A DNA stretch of 36,624 nucleotides from Anaerolineae bacterium. GTDB lineage: Bacteria; Chloroflexota; Anaerolineae; B4-G1; SLSP01. The DNA lies in contig JBNGDU010000116.1 of NCBI GenBank assembly GCA_049975025.1, forward strand, positions 1 to 36,624. Direction: 5' to 3'. The position numbers and the translations under genes were made by a program. Under the pieces are notes generated by a model. It was not told the DNA's origin. It made no database searches and saw nothing but the letters and a program-made list of their open reading frames with translations. Shown here one piece after another: positions 14,495 through 24,095 of this stretch (positions are counted from its first letter, which is position 1; the number at the start of each line of letters is the position of its first letter).

Positions 14495-16060
14495 ATGATG
14501 GATCGACTCATCGAGCTCTGTAAGTGGCTGGTTTTCATCGGCATAGTTGCACTCGTCCTGGTGGGCGTCGTTGCCTGGGCTTCTGATTCCGCAAGCCAGG
14601 GCATCGTGGTTGTCACCCCAACACCCTTGCCGGCAACGCCGCTTCCGCCTACCGACACCCGTACGCCGACGGTAATGACGGAGCCACCGCCGACGTGGAC
14701 GGCGACGGTAGCTCCCACCAAGACACCGGTTCCCACGGGAAAGCCGACCTTGATCCCGACCGTTGCCGAGACCGCCACACCTACGGAGACACCCGAGCCG
14801 GGCCCGATCGTGTTGCCGGATGGTCGTACGCTTCCCGAGCTTGCAGGCACTCCCGTTCTGACATCATCGCTGCCTCAGCCTTCCCCGATGCCACAGGTAG
14901 AGCAACCCGACGGCACCATCAACGTTTTGCTCCTGGGCATGGATCGGACCAGCGGCGATAGCATTGCCCGGACCGACGTTTTAGCCATCGCCTCTGTTTT
15001 CCCGGACGGTCCCTCGGTCGGCATGCTGTCCATACCTCGCGACTACTATGCTTGGATTCCCGGCTGGGGACTGGACAAGATCAACACCGCGTACCTGCGG
15101 GCAGGCCGGATTGGTTATCCAGGTGGAGGGCCTGCTCTGGCTAAAGACACGATGATGTACAATTTTGGGGTGCCGATCCACTACTATGCGTTGGTCGACT
15201 TCTCCAGTTATCGACAGATTGTCGATGCCGTAGGGGGCGTTGACGTCGTCGTGGAGTGCCCTTTCCACGACACCTACCCCGATCCTGAGTCCCCGACCGG
15301 CCAGACCGACATCGATCTCGAGCCAGGCGTCCACCACCTTGACGGCAAGCACGCGCTCTGGTATGTTCGTTCGCGTTGGAACACCTCGGACTTCGATCGC
15401 CACCGGCGTCAGCAGCAAGTGCTTCGCGCTATTCTGCGCCAGGCCCTCAATGCCAACATGCTGGTCCGTGTACCGGAGCTCTGGGACGTCTACAAGGAGG
15501 CTGTGGAGACAGATATGGGGCTCAAGGAGGTTGTCTACCTGGCCTCCGTCGCGGGTCGTCTGGACGAGCGCGACATTCACAGCTACTTCATCCGTGGGAA
15601 CACGCTCCTCGAGTCCTGGACGGCGCCCAATGGTGGCTACGTGCTGGTGCCGCATTACGACGTCCTGCAGGAGTTCGTGCAACAGACGATGTACCCGCTA
15701 TCCACGAGCCGCGCGTCTCAGCGCGCATATCGCGTGGAGGTGGTGAACGGGTCGGGACGCACAGGTTGGGGGACCGTCGCCGCCTATAGGCTAGGGCTCG
15801 AGGGCTTGATTGTGACCGCAATCACAGAAGCCGAGCCGCAGCCTAGGACGTACGTCACCGATTTCACGACGACGTCCAAGGGGTCGCCCCTTTGGAAATT
15901 GCGGGATATCTACCGCCTTAGTCCGGGCGACGTGGCCTCGGAGCCCACCGAGGACGCTGAAGTCGACTTCCGGGTTACGCTGGGCTGGAACTACAACCCG
16001 TGCCAGGGGACCGATACGGCGTACTGGCGTCCGACGCCTACGCCCACGCCCATACCCTAA
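14495..16060 (+). CDS. LytR-CpsA-Psr (LCP) family protein with TM anchor, Pro/Thr-rich linker and LytR_C-like C-terminal domain
   Basis: Start ATG 14495 (MMDRLIELCKWLVFIGIVALVLVGVV is the TM helix). A PT-rich stretch follows. The LCP core reads INVLLLGMDRT...RTDVLAIASV...LSIPRDYY...INTAY. The C-terminal part reads YRVEVVNGSGRTGWG. Confidence 0.85.
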   Translation: MMDRLIELCKWLVFIGIVALVLVGVVAWASDSASQGIVVVTPTPLPATPLPPTDTRTPTVMTEPPPTWTATVAPTKTPVPTGKPTLIPTVAETATPTETPEPGPIVLPDGRTLPELAGTPVLTSSLPQPSPMPQVEQPDGTINVLLLGMDRTSGDSIARTDVLAIASVFPDGPSVGMLSIPRDYYAWIPGWGLDKINTAYLRAGRIGYPGGGPALAKDTMMYNFGVPIHYYALVDFSSYRQIVDAVGGVDVVVECPFHDTYPDPESPTGQTDIDLEPGVHHLDGKHALWYVRSRWNTSDFDRHRRQQQVLRAILRQALNANMLVRVPELWDVYKEAVETDMGLKEVVYLASVAGRLDERDIHSYFIRGNTLLESWTAPNGGYVLVPHYDVLQEFVQQTMYPLSTSRASQRAYRVEVVNGSGRTGWGTVAAYRLGLEGLIVTAITEAEPQPRTYVTDFTTTSKGSPLWKLRDIYRLSPGDVASEPTEDAEVDFRVTLGWNYNPCQGTDTAYWRPTPTPTPIP

Positions 16061-16243
16061 TGTCGGTCCGAAGATACTGCGTCAAAACGGAGAAGTCGAA
16101 AGCTAAGCGTCACGACTGAACAGTCACGGGGCAGCATCCGAACCGTTGTCCGTTAACGTACTCGATCCTGACGCCTTGGCTTTTGGCACGATATCGAAGA
16201 GCGCGTCCAGCCGCCAACTGCGCGGCGCCATTGCGCACCGCTG

Positions 16244-17329
16244 CTACGGAACGCCACCACAGCGGTTGAAGTTCGCTAGATGCTCTTCCTCAGTCCTCGA
16301 GAAGACGTGGCTCCCGTCATCCTTAGCGCACTCCACCATGAAGAAGTAATAGTCGGTCTCGGCAGGTTGTGCGGTGGCTTGAATAGCGCCGAGCCCAGGA
16401 TTACAGATAGGCGCGGGGGGGAGTCCTGCGTTACGGTAGGTGTTGTAAGGTGACGCGATCTCCAGGTCGTCAAAGGTGAGTTGCGATTTCCACCAACTGG
16501 CCTCATCGGGTCGATAGCCAAGTGCATACTGGACGGTTGGGCAAGCGCTGAGCGTCCAGCCGTCGCGGAGGCGATTATGGTAGACGCCTGCGATCAGTGA
16601 ACGCTCTTCTGCAAGAACTGCCTCGCGCTCCACAATCGAGGCCAGGGTGATGCCCTCGTGAAGGGCTAGCCCCTCCGCGGCAAATTTCTCCTGGATCTCA
16701 GGTGTGACCTGACGGGCGAAGTTGGCCAACATCCGGTCAACCAAATCGTAGGCCGTGGCGTCGGCCGGCAGCCGGTAGGTGTCGGGAAAGAGATAGCCCT
16801 CCAGCGTAGAGGTCATAGGGAGTTGAGCCAGGAAGCTGTAGGTATCCACAAGGCCCGTGGTATGCCATCCAGTCTGGGTCAGTTGCAGGAACTCGTCCGA
16901 GACGATGGTGGTCTCACTGCCGGCGAGCGCTGCGATCTCCTCCAGACGCTTGCCCTCCGGGATGGTGATCTGCTGCTCCGCCGTCTGCCCGCTCTGCAGG
17001 ATGCGGGCGATCTCGGGGATGGTCATGGTCTGTTGGAGCGTGTAAGTGCCGGCTTGAATGCCCGCGTCGAGATTCTTGGACTGGAGGTAACGACGGAAGA
17101 GCTCAGTGTCGGAGATCAGCCCCTTGGCTTTCAGATTCCCCGCGATCTCGGCCACACTCTGGCCCTGCTTGATCGTGAAGACCACCGGGGTCTCCTCCGT
17201 GCCTGCCGGTGCACGGAGCTCCTCGGATTTGCTCTCGAGATAGACGTCCAGATAGACCTGCTCCAGCGCGCAGCTCATCGCGAAAAGGGCCGCGAGGAAG
17301 CACAGTGCAATCTTAGTCCAACGGTTCAT
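16244..17329 (-). CDS. mltG: Endolytic murein transglycosylase MltG (YceG-like)
   Basis: 361 aa with an N-terminal TM helix. GTYTLQQTMTIPEIARIL (LysM-like), LASIVEREA, AGVYHNRL, PTVQYALG and SPYNTYRNAGLPPAPICNPG are present. Confidence 0.9.
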   Translation of the reverse strand: MNRWTKIALCFLAALFAMSCALEQVYLDVYLESKSEELRAPAGTEETPVVFTIKQGQSVAEIAGNLKAKGLISDTELFRRYLQSKNLDAGIQAGTYTLQQTMTIPEIARILQSGQTAEQQITIPEGKRLEEIAALAGSETTIVSDEFLQLTQTGWHTTGLVDTYSFLAQLPMTSTLEGYLFPDTYRLPADATAYDLVDRMLANFARQVTPEIQEKFAAEGLALHEGITLASIVEREAVLAEERSLIAGVYHNRLRDGWTLSACPTVQYALGYRPDEASWWKSQLTFDDLEIASPYNTYRNAGLPPAPICNPGLGAIQATAQPAETDYYFFMVECAKDDGSHVFSRTEEEHLANFNRCGGVP

Positions 17330-17377
17330 TGTGATCCTTTCTGGATGGCGCGCTTGCTGTGGGCGATCCCCTGCGCC

Positions 17378-17782
17378 CTATCCTTGGGCGTTTAGGTAAT
17401 TCTGCAGAATCACAGCCGCAGCGACGGCGTCGATCCATTCCGTGCTGGGCGGTTTTCCCTGTGCGCGCATGATATCCTTGGCCTCCTCAGTAGAGAGGCG
17501 TTCGTCCCACAGGATGACGGGCACGTCGATCTTGTCCGCGAGTTCTGCGGTGTAGTCCCGCACCCAAGCTGCCTGTGGCCCCTCGGTTCCGTCCATATTG
17601 ATCGGCAGACCGGCGACGATGGTGTCGACATCGTATTCCGCGACCAGCACACGTATATGCTCCTGATCTCCCTCACGGGAGCCACGAGCAAAGACCTCAA
17701 GGGGGCGGGCGATCATGCCGAGAGTATCGCTAATGGCGACGCCGATGCGGCGATCACCCAGGTCAAGGGCTAGATAGCGCAT
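17378..17782 (-). CDS. ruvX: YqgF/RuvX family putative pre-16S rRNA nuclease (Holliday junction resolvase-like)
   Basis: 134 aa. MRYLALDLGDRRIGVAISD, GLPINMDGTEGP and WDERLST are present. Confidence 0.9.
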   Translation of the reverse strand: MRYLALDLGDRRIGVAISDTLGMIARPLEVFARGSREGDQEHIRVLVAEYDVDTIVAGLPINMDGTEGPQAAWVRDYTAELADKIDVPVILWDERLSTEEAKDIMRAQGKPPSTEWIDAVAAAVILQNYLNAQG

Positions 17783-17811
17783 TGCGTTGAGCGCATCACA
17801 CGCTGGGGCGC

Positions 17812-19350
17812 CTAGGGGGAGCTAAGCGACAGATCACCCGGAACGACCTCCACATCAAGTTTGACGGGCGTGAAGGGGACGTAGGGAAACCATGGAGGGG
17901 AGACGTTGATCTCCGGGGAGCTAGATAAGGAGAGGGCCGCTTCGAGTGCATCCGCAGCCTCATTGATGGGCTGTCCCATCACAAGTTCCTCAACCTGGGC
18001 CGGATCGATCTTGCTGGAGGCATAGCCGTGCGCCGTGACAAAGAAGGTGAAGTCACCGGGTCCGATGTCCTCCTCGGCGGCCTCACCGTACTCGAAGCGA
18101 GCGTCGGTGAGTGTGTAACCTTCGGGAAGCTGTCGGACCAACTGCCGGTAAGCGATGGCCTGGACATCTCCGGCTCGCACGGCCTGGCCGGTGATCAGCA
18201 AGCGCAGTGAGAGACCAAGCTCGTCCGTGCGCTCCCCCACCAGGTGAGTATAGGCGGCCTTGGGGGCGGCCTGGATGACCATCGTCTGCTGGGGTAGGAA
18301 ACGTCCGGGCTCCTGCGAAGCGACTTCCTGTAGTCCATTGTAGGCCTTCGCCAGCACCTGCTCGGCCGCCAGGTCCCAGGCGCGCGCTCTATCGGCTTCT
18401 GAGACAACGCGTACCGCGCTGCTCTCGGCGCCGCTGATAGGTTCAGGATTGGTGACCCGGACGGCAAAGCCCACGACGCCCTCGATCAGGTTGATCTGAT
18501 AAGCCGCAGCGTTGCCACGGGGTCCTTCCACGAGCGCTTGCACCGGGGCTTCCATCTGTCCGAAAGCTGGCACCGTGACGTCGGCGGTGGTCTCATAGCG
18601 AACAGGATAAGAGCCGGCGGATGTGCGTACCACTGTGCCCTCTGGCACCCGGTAGTCCTGGCCTAGCAGGTTGGTGAAGAGCACACTGCCCGTGGCGGTG
18701 CCCGAGAAGGCGAGTCCCCTACCGCTGGTCACGACCTCAGCGTACCCCTCGAACTCCTCACCGACGCGCTCCGACGGGACCACGCTGCGCTGGAGATCGA
18801 CCTGCTCAAGGGTAGGATCCACCGAAATCGGTACGATGCGCGAGTAGGTTAAGCTGGACGGATGGAGCACGATCTCTGCAGATGGCACGGCCAGCAGGAA
18901 AGCAGCAGCCACGACCACCAGTACAACAAGGAGAACAACGCCCTCGATCGCAAGTAGCCAGGCCGGCGGACCCTCGCGCGGAGGCGCCTTAGGGCGCTTC
19001 GGCAAAGGCGCCCACCAGGGATGCTTGGGACGTTCGAGCTCAGGCTGCGACGTCTCCTTTGTGGGGTGCCCGTTGCCGAGTAGATGCCTCTCGGCGGCCT
19101 CCGCCGACCGGAAGACCCTGAGGCCTGTGTCGCGGGCGACCGCCCGGCGTGCTGGATCCTGGATCACCCACGCCGTCCGCAGGTCTCGCTGTTGCGCTAC
19201 ACGTCGCTGGACCTCGAAGTCCAGCGGCTCCATCCAGCCCTGGTTCACGCCCCAGGGCAGGAAGAGCAGGACGCGATCTGCCTCGACGCGACGCAGTATC
19301 TCGCGGACCGTGTAACGGTCGTCCGTTGCTTGAATGTTGATCGTCTCCAC
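17812..19350 (-). CDS. Membrane-anchored baseplate J-like domain protein, function unknown
   Basis: 512 aa with a GTG start at 19350. It has a cytoplasmic N-terminal ~125 aa and one TM helix (WLLAIEGVVLLVVLVVVAAAFLLAV). The exported part (...ALVEGPRGNAAAYQINLIEG...PEPISGAES) resembles Baseplate_J/gp47-like domains. Family call is from memory. Confidence 0.55.
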   Translation of the reverse strand: METINIQATDDRYTVREILRRVEADRVLLFLPWGVNQGWMEPLDFEVQRRVAQQRDLRTAWVIQDPARRAVARDTGLRVFRSAEAAERHLLGNGHPTKETSQPELERPKHPWWAPLPKRPKAPPREGPPAWLLAIEGVVLLVVLVVVAAAFLLAVPSAEIVLHPSSLTYSRIVPISVDPTLEQVDLQRSVVPSERVGEEFEGYAEVVTSGRGLAFSGTATGSVLFTNLLGQDYRVPEGTVVRTSAGSYPVRYETTADVTVPAFGQMEAPVQALVEGPRGNAAAYQINLIEGVVGFAVRVTNPEPISGAESSAVRVVSEADRARAWDLAAEQVLAKAYNGLQEVASQEPGRFLPQQTMVIQAAPKAAYTHLVGERTDELGLSLRLLITGQAVRAGDVQAIAYRQLVRQLPEGYTLTDARFEYGEAAEEDIGPGDFTFFVTAHGYASSKIDPAQVEELVMGQPINEAADALEAALSLSSSPEINVSPPWFPYVPFTPVKLDVEVVPGDLSLSSP

Positions 19351-19357
19351 GGCGCGC

Positions 19358-19385
19358 AGTATGCCACAACTCCGTGATTTGCCAA
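19358..19385 (-). promoter_or_regulatory. Candidate promoter giving a leaderless transcript for the baseplate J-like gene
   Basis: Minus strand: TTGGCA (19385-19380), 16-nt spacer, TGg-CATACT extended -10 (19363-19358). Then 7 nt (gcgcgcc) precede GTG 19350. Confidence 0.35.
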
Positions 19386-19578
19386 GACGGCAACGAGTAA
19401 CCAGTGCCGATTAACCGTCGTCCATCAGGACATCGTAGAACGCTAATACAGCCAAACCACAAGACATCGTGAGAGATGCTAACACGGATCCCATTCAGTT
19501 TGCGGATCTCCCTCGCACTCTACTGTATCGCCGCTTCTTCCCGACTTGGGATGCGTACACCCTGGTTGCTTCTCGCCG

Positions 19579-19606
19579 TTGACACCTTCCCGCCTTCGGG
19601 TACACT
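19579..19606 (+). promoter_or_regulatory. Candidate metE promoter
   Basis: TTGACA (19579-19584), 16-nt spacer, TACACT (19601-19606). The leader to ATG 19683 is ~70-75 nt. Confidence 0.5.
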
Positions 19607-19682
19607 AAATAGTGTTTTCTAGATGGATATCGTTGAATTCGCGCTGACGGGGGACGGAGTGCTCTACCTCGGGAGGGATGAT

Positions 19683-21926
19683 ATGGCAGACTCAGGCGAA
19701 ATCCAAACGCAGACATTAGGATATCCTCGCATCGGCAAGGACCGGGAGATCAAGCGGGCGCTGGAGGGATACTGGAAGGGCAGCGTCGATCTTGAGACGC
19801 TGACGCGGACTTTCTGGGAAGTTGCCGAGGCGAGCTGGCGCACGCAGCTGGCCCAGGGCATCGACCGCGTTGGCGTGGGTAGCGCGACGCTCTACGACCA
19901 GATGCTGGACTGGGCGGTGCGCTTCGGGCTCGTGGCCCAACGATTCCAGCCGCTCGAGGGGTTAGAGCGCTATTTTGCGATGGCCCGTGGCGTCCCTGAC
20001 GTTCCTGCCCTCGAGATGACGAAGTGGTTCGATACCAACTACCACTATCTTGTGCCTGAGATCGACGCGGCGCCCAAGTCCGAGACTGACGTCGCGGACT
20101 TCCTGGCGCTCGTCGAGCGCGCTCGGAAGATTCTCGGTGATCGAGCTGTGCCCATCGTTATTGGCCCCGTCACTCTGCTTGAGCTCTCACATCTTGAGGT
20201 ACCGGCAGATACTGCGCTGGACGTGATGTTGCCCCGCTATTTGGAGCTCCTCGATGCGCTGTCGTCGCTTGGCGTCAAGGAGGTTCAGCTTCACGAGCCG
20301 ATCCTGGTGACGAGCGAGGCGAATGAGCTTCAACGGTATTTTGAGGGTCTCTACAAGGCACTAGCGACCTCTGGTCTGACGCTCAATCTTGTGACCTATT
20401 TCGATGATCTCGGCGAGACCTATGAGTGGGTGACTGCGCTGCCCGTCGATGTCCTGTCGCTCGACTTTACCCGTGGCGATAACCTAGCTCTCATCGAGGC
20501 CCATGGGTGGCCGGAGGACAAGACGCTGGCAGCCGGGGTGGTGGACGGTCGTAGCGTCTGGCGGGTTCGGCCCGACGAGATGGGCTCGTTATTGGACAGG
20601 CTGAATGACGCCCTTCCAGAGCAGATTAGGAAGCGCCTGCGCATCGCCGCTTCGTCGTCGCTGCAGTTCATGCCCTACACGGCTGCGCGGGAGACGGAGC
20701 TTCCTGATGCCTTGCGGGGAGTTTTGGCTTTCGCTGAGGAGAAATTGGGTGAGCTGCGCAAGGTGGCTGACGGGAAGTTGGGTGCCATGGCGGCGCCCTG
20801 GTCGCAGTTCTACGAGTTCGCTCCCGCTGATGAGGAGGTGCAGGCGCGGGTGGATGGCCTGACGGATCGGGACTTCAGGCGGGATCTACCCTATGCCGAT
20901 CGCCGTCCGCTTCAGGTCTCGTTGCCCCGGCTCCCGATGACGACCATCGGTTCTTTTCCGCAGACCCGCGAGGTCCGCCGCCACCGGGCGAAGTTCCGTC
21001 GTGGTGAGATCGACCAGGCGGCGTACGAAGCAGGGATCGATGCCTTCATCGGCTATGCCGTCGGCGTCCAGGACGGCCTTGGGATGGACATGCTCGTTCA
21101 CGGTGAGTTCGAGCGCACCGATATGGTCGAGTACTTCGCGCAGAAGATGACGGGGTTTGCTTTCACCCGCCATGGGTGGGTGCAGAGCTTCGGTAGTCGT
21201 TACGTGCGCCCGCCGATTATCTATGGCGACGTTGCCCGTCCGGAGCCGATGACGGTCCGCGAGTTCGAGGTGGCTCAGTCCTACACCGAGAAGCCCGTTA
21301 AGGGCATGTTGACGGGCCCGGTGACGATCATCAACTGGTCCTATCCGCGGACCGATATCCCACGGCGGGAGATCGCCTACCAGCTTGCGCTGGCGTTGCG
21401 AGACGAGATTGCTGACCTGGAGGCGGCTGGAGCCCGGGCGGTGCAGGTGGACGAGCCCGCGCTGCGCGAGGGGCTGCCGCTGAAGCGGGCGCGTTGGGAT
21501 GAGTATCTGACTTGGGCCGTCAACGCATTCCGGCTGGCGACGGGGCGCGCCACGCCCGAGACACAGGTTCACACACACATGTGTTATTCTGAGTTCGGCG
21601 ACATCTTGGAGGCGATCGATCGGCTGGATGCCGACGTGATCTCTATTGAAAACGCCCGGAGTGATGACGCGACGCTGCGCGAGTTGGCCGAGTACGGCTA
21701 TCCCCGTGAGGTAGGGCCTGGCGTCTACGATATCCACAGTCCGGTAGTGCCGACGGTTGACTTCATCAAGCGCAAGCTGCGCACCTTTGTCCAGCATCTG
21801 GAGCCTCAGCAGATCTGGGTGAACCCCGACTGTGGCCTGAAAACCCGGGCGTGGGATGAGGTTATTCCCTCGCTGCAGCACATGGTCGAGGCCGTGTACG
21901 CGATACGCGAGGAACTTGAGGATTGA
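19683..21926 (+). CDS. metE: Cobalamin-independent methionine synthase (5-methyltetrahydropteroyltriglutamate--homocysteine S-methyltransferase)
   Basis: The ORF is 19623-21926. I prefer ATG 19683 (MADSGEIQTQTLGYPRIGKDREIK) because GGGAGGG lies 5 nt upstream. Both Meth_synt domains are present, with Zn-site motifs HMCYSEF and NPDCGLKTR. Confidence 0.95.
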   Translation: MADSGEIQTQTLGYPRIGKDREIKRALEGYWKGSVDLETLTRTFWEVAEASWRTQLAQGIDRVGVGSATLYDQMLDWAVRFGLVAQRFQPLEGLERYFAMARGVPDVPALEMTKWFDTNYHYLVPEIDAAPKSETDVADFLALVERARKILGDRAVPIVIGPVTLLELSHLEVPADTALDVMLPRYLELLDALSSLGVKEVQLHEPILVTSEANELQRYFEGLYKALATSGLTLNLVTYFDDLGETYEWVTALPVDVLSLDFTRGDNLALIEAHGWPEDKTLAAGVVDGRSVWRVRPDEMGSLLDRLNDALPEQIRKRLRIAASSSLQFMPYTAARETELPDALRGVLAFAEEKLGELRKVADGKLGAMAAPWSQFYEFAPADEEVQARVDGLTDRDFRRDLPYADRRPLQVSLPRLPMTTIGSFPQTREVRRHRAKFRRGEIDQAAYEAGIDAFIGYAVGVQDGLGMDMLVHGEFERTDMVEYFAQKMTGFAFTRHGWVQSFGSRYVRPPIIYGDVARPEPMTVREFEVAQSYTEKPVKGMLTGPVTIINWSYPRTDIPRREIAYQLALALRDEIADLEAAGARAVQVDEPALREGLPLKRARWDEYLTWAVNAFRLATGRATPETQVHTHMCYSEFGDILEAIDRLDADVISIENARSDDATLRELAEYGYPREVGPGVYDIHSPVVPTVDFIKRKLRTFVQHLEPQQIWVNPDCGLKTRAWDEVIPSLQHMVEAVYAIREELED

Positions 21927-21992
21927 CCGATCCATGTGCACGTCTATATCTGCAACTGTAGGACCACGGTCTAGCCAGGTTGAGGCTCCCTG

Positions 21993-23873
21993 ATGGAGAC
22001 CAAGGGATTCCTCAGTCTACTGGGCGATGCCGATGTGCCGGTCATCGCTGACGGCGCCATGGGCACGATGCTAAACGTCAAGGGTGTGGCTTTCAGCACC
22101 TGCTTTGACGCTTTGAACCTATCCCAGCCAGCGTTGGTTGCCGAGATCCACCGGGCCTATATCGACGCCGGGGCCCAGATCATTCTGACGAACACCTTTG
22201 GTGCCAACAGGTACAAACTGGATGAGCACGGACTGGGGGAGGCCGTAGCAGAGATCAACCAGGCTGGTGTGGATCTCGCCCGGCGCGTCGTGCTGGCGGC
22301 CTTCAGGAAGGTTTTGGTCGCGGGAGACGTGGGACCCTTGGGCGTGCGCATGGTCCCCTATGGGCGCGTGCAGAAGGCTCAGGCCCGAGCTGCCTTTGCC
22401 GAGCAGATCTCGGCGCTGGCGGAGGCCGGCGCCGACCTCATTGTCATCGAGACGCAGACAGATCTCGAGGAGGTATTGGCTGCCGTGCGCGCAGCCCGTG
22501 ATGTCTGCGACCTACCTCTCGTCGCTTCGATGACCTATACTCGCGATGACCGTACGCTCCTCGGCGACGACCCAGAGGCTGTGGCCCATCGTCTTGCCGA
22601 GGCGAGCGTTGATGTGATCGGCGCCAACTGCTCGAGCGGGCCTTGGCAGCTCCTGCGAATCCTCAAGCGGATGAAGTCGACCGTGCCCGAGGGCCGCTTT
22701 TGGGTCAAGCCCAACGCCGGTTGGCCAGAGCAAGTTGGGGGGCGCATTCGCTATCCGGCGTCGCCTGACTATTTCGCCGACTATACCTGGGCCTTCTACG
22801 GGGCCGGAGCGAGCGTCGTCGGCGGTTGCTGTGGCACCACGCCGGACCACGTCAGAGCCATGCGCGACGCCGTTGAGGCTGGACGGCCATCGTTCGTCCG
22901 GATACCTGAGCGACAGGGCCCGAGCCGCGCCGTAGGCATCGACATCGCGCCGGACCAACCGTCAGCGCTCTCGCAGAAGCTCGCGGGGGGCAGGTTTGTC
23001 TTCGCCGTGGAGGTCGATCCCCCTCGAGGCTTGGCCACCCATAAGCTGGTGGCGGGGGCTAATCTGCTCAAGGAGGCCGGGGCTGACGTCATCAACGTCG
23101 CCGACAGCCCGATGGCGCGGATGCGCATGAGTCCCTGGGCGGTCTGCGCGCTGATACAGGATCGGGTCGGGATCGAGACGACGCTCCACTTTCCCACACG
23201 GGGCCGCAACCTGCTGCGCGTCCAGGGAGATTTGCTGGCGGCCCATGCGCTGGGAGTTCGTAACGTCTTTGTTGTGATGGGCGATCCCACCTCCATCGGC
23301 GACTACCCGGAGGCGATGGACGACTACGACGTCGTGCCGTCCGGCTTGATCAAGCTGATCAAACAAGGCTTCAACGCCGGGGTGGATCAGGCCGGCACGA
23401 GCATTGGGCAGCCTACCTCCTTCTTCGTCGGGGGCGCCCTGAATCTCACGCCCAACGACCCCGACCGTGAGGTGAGGGTCATGCGGCGCAAGATCCGGGG
23501 AGGCGTCGATTTCTTCCTGACCCAGCCGGTCTACGACCCTCAGGCGGCCCAGGATCTGCTGCGGCACTACGTTGAGCGCTATGGCAGGCTGGATGTGCCC
23601 ATCCTCATCGGGGTGCTGCCACTCTACGGGGTGCGGCACGCGCGCTTCCTGGACAACGAGGTGCCGGGCATCACCATCGCGCCCGAGATCTTCGATCGCT
23701 TGGAGGCCGCCGGCGACGACGCGCCGCAGGAAGGCGTGCGCATCGCGGTCCGGCTGATCGACCGGTGCCGGGCTTTCGCGCAAGGCGTCTATCTTATGCC
23801 GGCGTTCAACCGCTATGACCTGGCAGCTGCGGTGGTCGAGACAGCTCGGAAGCCCCTTGCAGGCCGTAGGTGA
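21993..23873 (+). CDS. yitJ: Bifunctional homocysteine S-methyltransferase domain / 5,10-methylenetetrahydrofolate reductase (YitJ-like fusion)
   Basis: 626 aa. The N-terminal Hcy-binding domain has ADGAMGTML, ILTNTFGAN, GANCSSGP and GGCCGTTPDH. The C-terminal MTHFR domain has FAVEVDPPRG, INVADSPMARMRMS, HFPTRGRN and VFVVMGDP. Confidence 0.88.
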   Translation: METKGFLSLLGDADVPVIADGAMGTMLNVKGVAFSTCFDALNLSQPALVAEIHRAYIDAGAQIILTNTFGANRYKLDEHGLGEAVAEINQAGVDLARRVVLAAFRKVLVAGDVGPLGVRMVPYGRVQKAQARAAFAEQISALAEAGADLIVIETQTDLEEVLAAVRAARDVCDLPLVASMTYTRDDRTLLGDDPEAVAHRLAEASVDVIGANCSSGPWQLLRILKRMKSTVPEGRFWVKPNAGWPEQVGGRIRYPASPDYFADYTWAFYGAGASVVGGCCGTTPDHVRAMRDAVEAGRPSFVRIPERQGPSRAVGIDIAPDQPSALSQKLAGGRFVFAVEVDPPRGLATHKLVAGANLLKEAGADVINVADSPMARMRMSPWAVCALIQDRVGIETTLHFPTRGRNLLRVQGDLLAAHALGVRNVFVVMGDPTSIGDYPEAMDDYDVVPSGLIKLIKQGFNAGVDQAGTSIGQPTSFFVGGALNLTPNDPDREVRVMRRKIRGGVDFFLTQPVYDPQAAQDLLRHYVERYGRLDVPILIGVLPLYGVRHARFLDNEVPGITIAPEIFDRLEAAGDDAPQEGVRIAVRLIDRCRAFAQGVYLMPAFNRYDLAAAVVETARKPLAGRR

Positions 23874-23885
23874 CTTCAGGTTGCA

Positions 23886-23916
23886 GACCTGTCACGTCTC
23901 ACAAGCCTGACAGGTC
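23886..23916 (+). terminator. Stem-loop 13 nt after the yitJ-like stop (possible terminator, weak U tract)
   Basis: GACCTGTCA (23886-23894), 13-nt loop, TGACAGGTC (23908-23916), followed by gtatgtg. Confidence 0.35.
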
Positions 23917-24046
23917 GTATGTGCTCAGTCGCGACCGGGGCTTAACCAACGTAGAGCCTCGACCGTGGTGGTAGTAACCCGGATCTCATGACGCCGAGAT
24001 CCCGCGCATAGGCCGTCACGTTGGCTTGAGAGACTCAAGATCCTCC

Positions 24047-24095
24047 GACACGCAAAAACCTCCAGCCCATGGCGGGGTGGAGGTTTTTGCGTGTC
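24047..24095. terminator. Bidirectional rho-independent terminator between the convergent yitJ-like and alaS genes
   Basis: Perfect 18-bp inverted repeat: GACACGCAAAAACCTCCA (24047-24064) and TGGAGGTTTTTGCGTGTC (24078-24095), with a 13-nt loop. The A5/T5 runs inside the arms give a U tract in either orientation. Confidence 0.7.

Noticed and set aside
17812-19350. The baseplate-J-like gene as a sign of a prophage, tailocin or contractile injection system
   Set aside because: No sheath, tube, spike, tail-fibre, integrase or other phage-type genes lie within the window. The neighbours are the housekeeping genes ruvX and mltG, and the protein has a TM anchor unlike phage gp47/J proteins.
19585-19682. 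SAM (S-box and others) or cobalamin riboswitch in the metE leader or in the metE to yitJ-like spacer (21927-21992)
   Set aside because: The leader is only ~75 nt. It lacks the S-box AUCnAGAG...GGCCC...GCAACC pattern and a B12 box (GCCACUG). The 66-nt spacer before the yitJ-like gene is too short for these riboswitches.
20886-21941. 351-aa minus-strand ORF
   Set aside because: It is antisense to the C-terminal half of metE, whose identity is unambiguous. The composition is Arg/Leu/Pro-rich.
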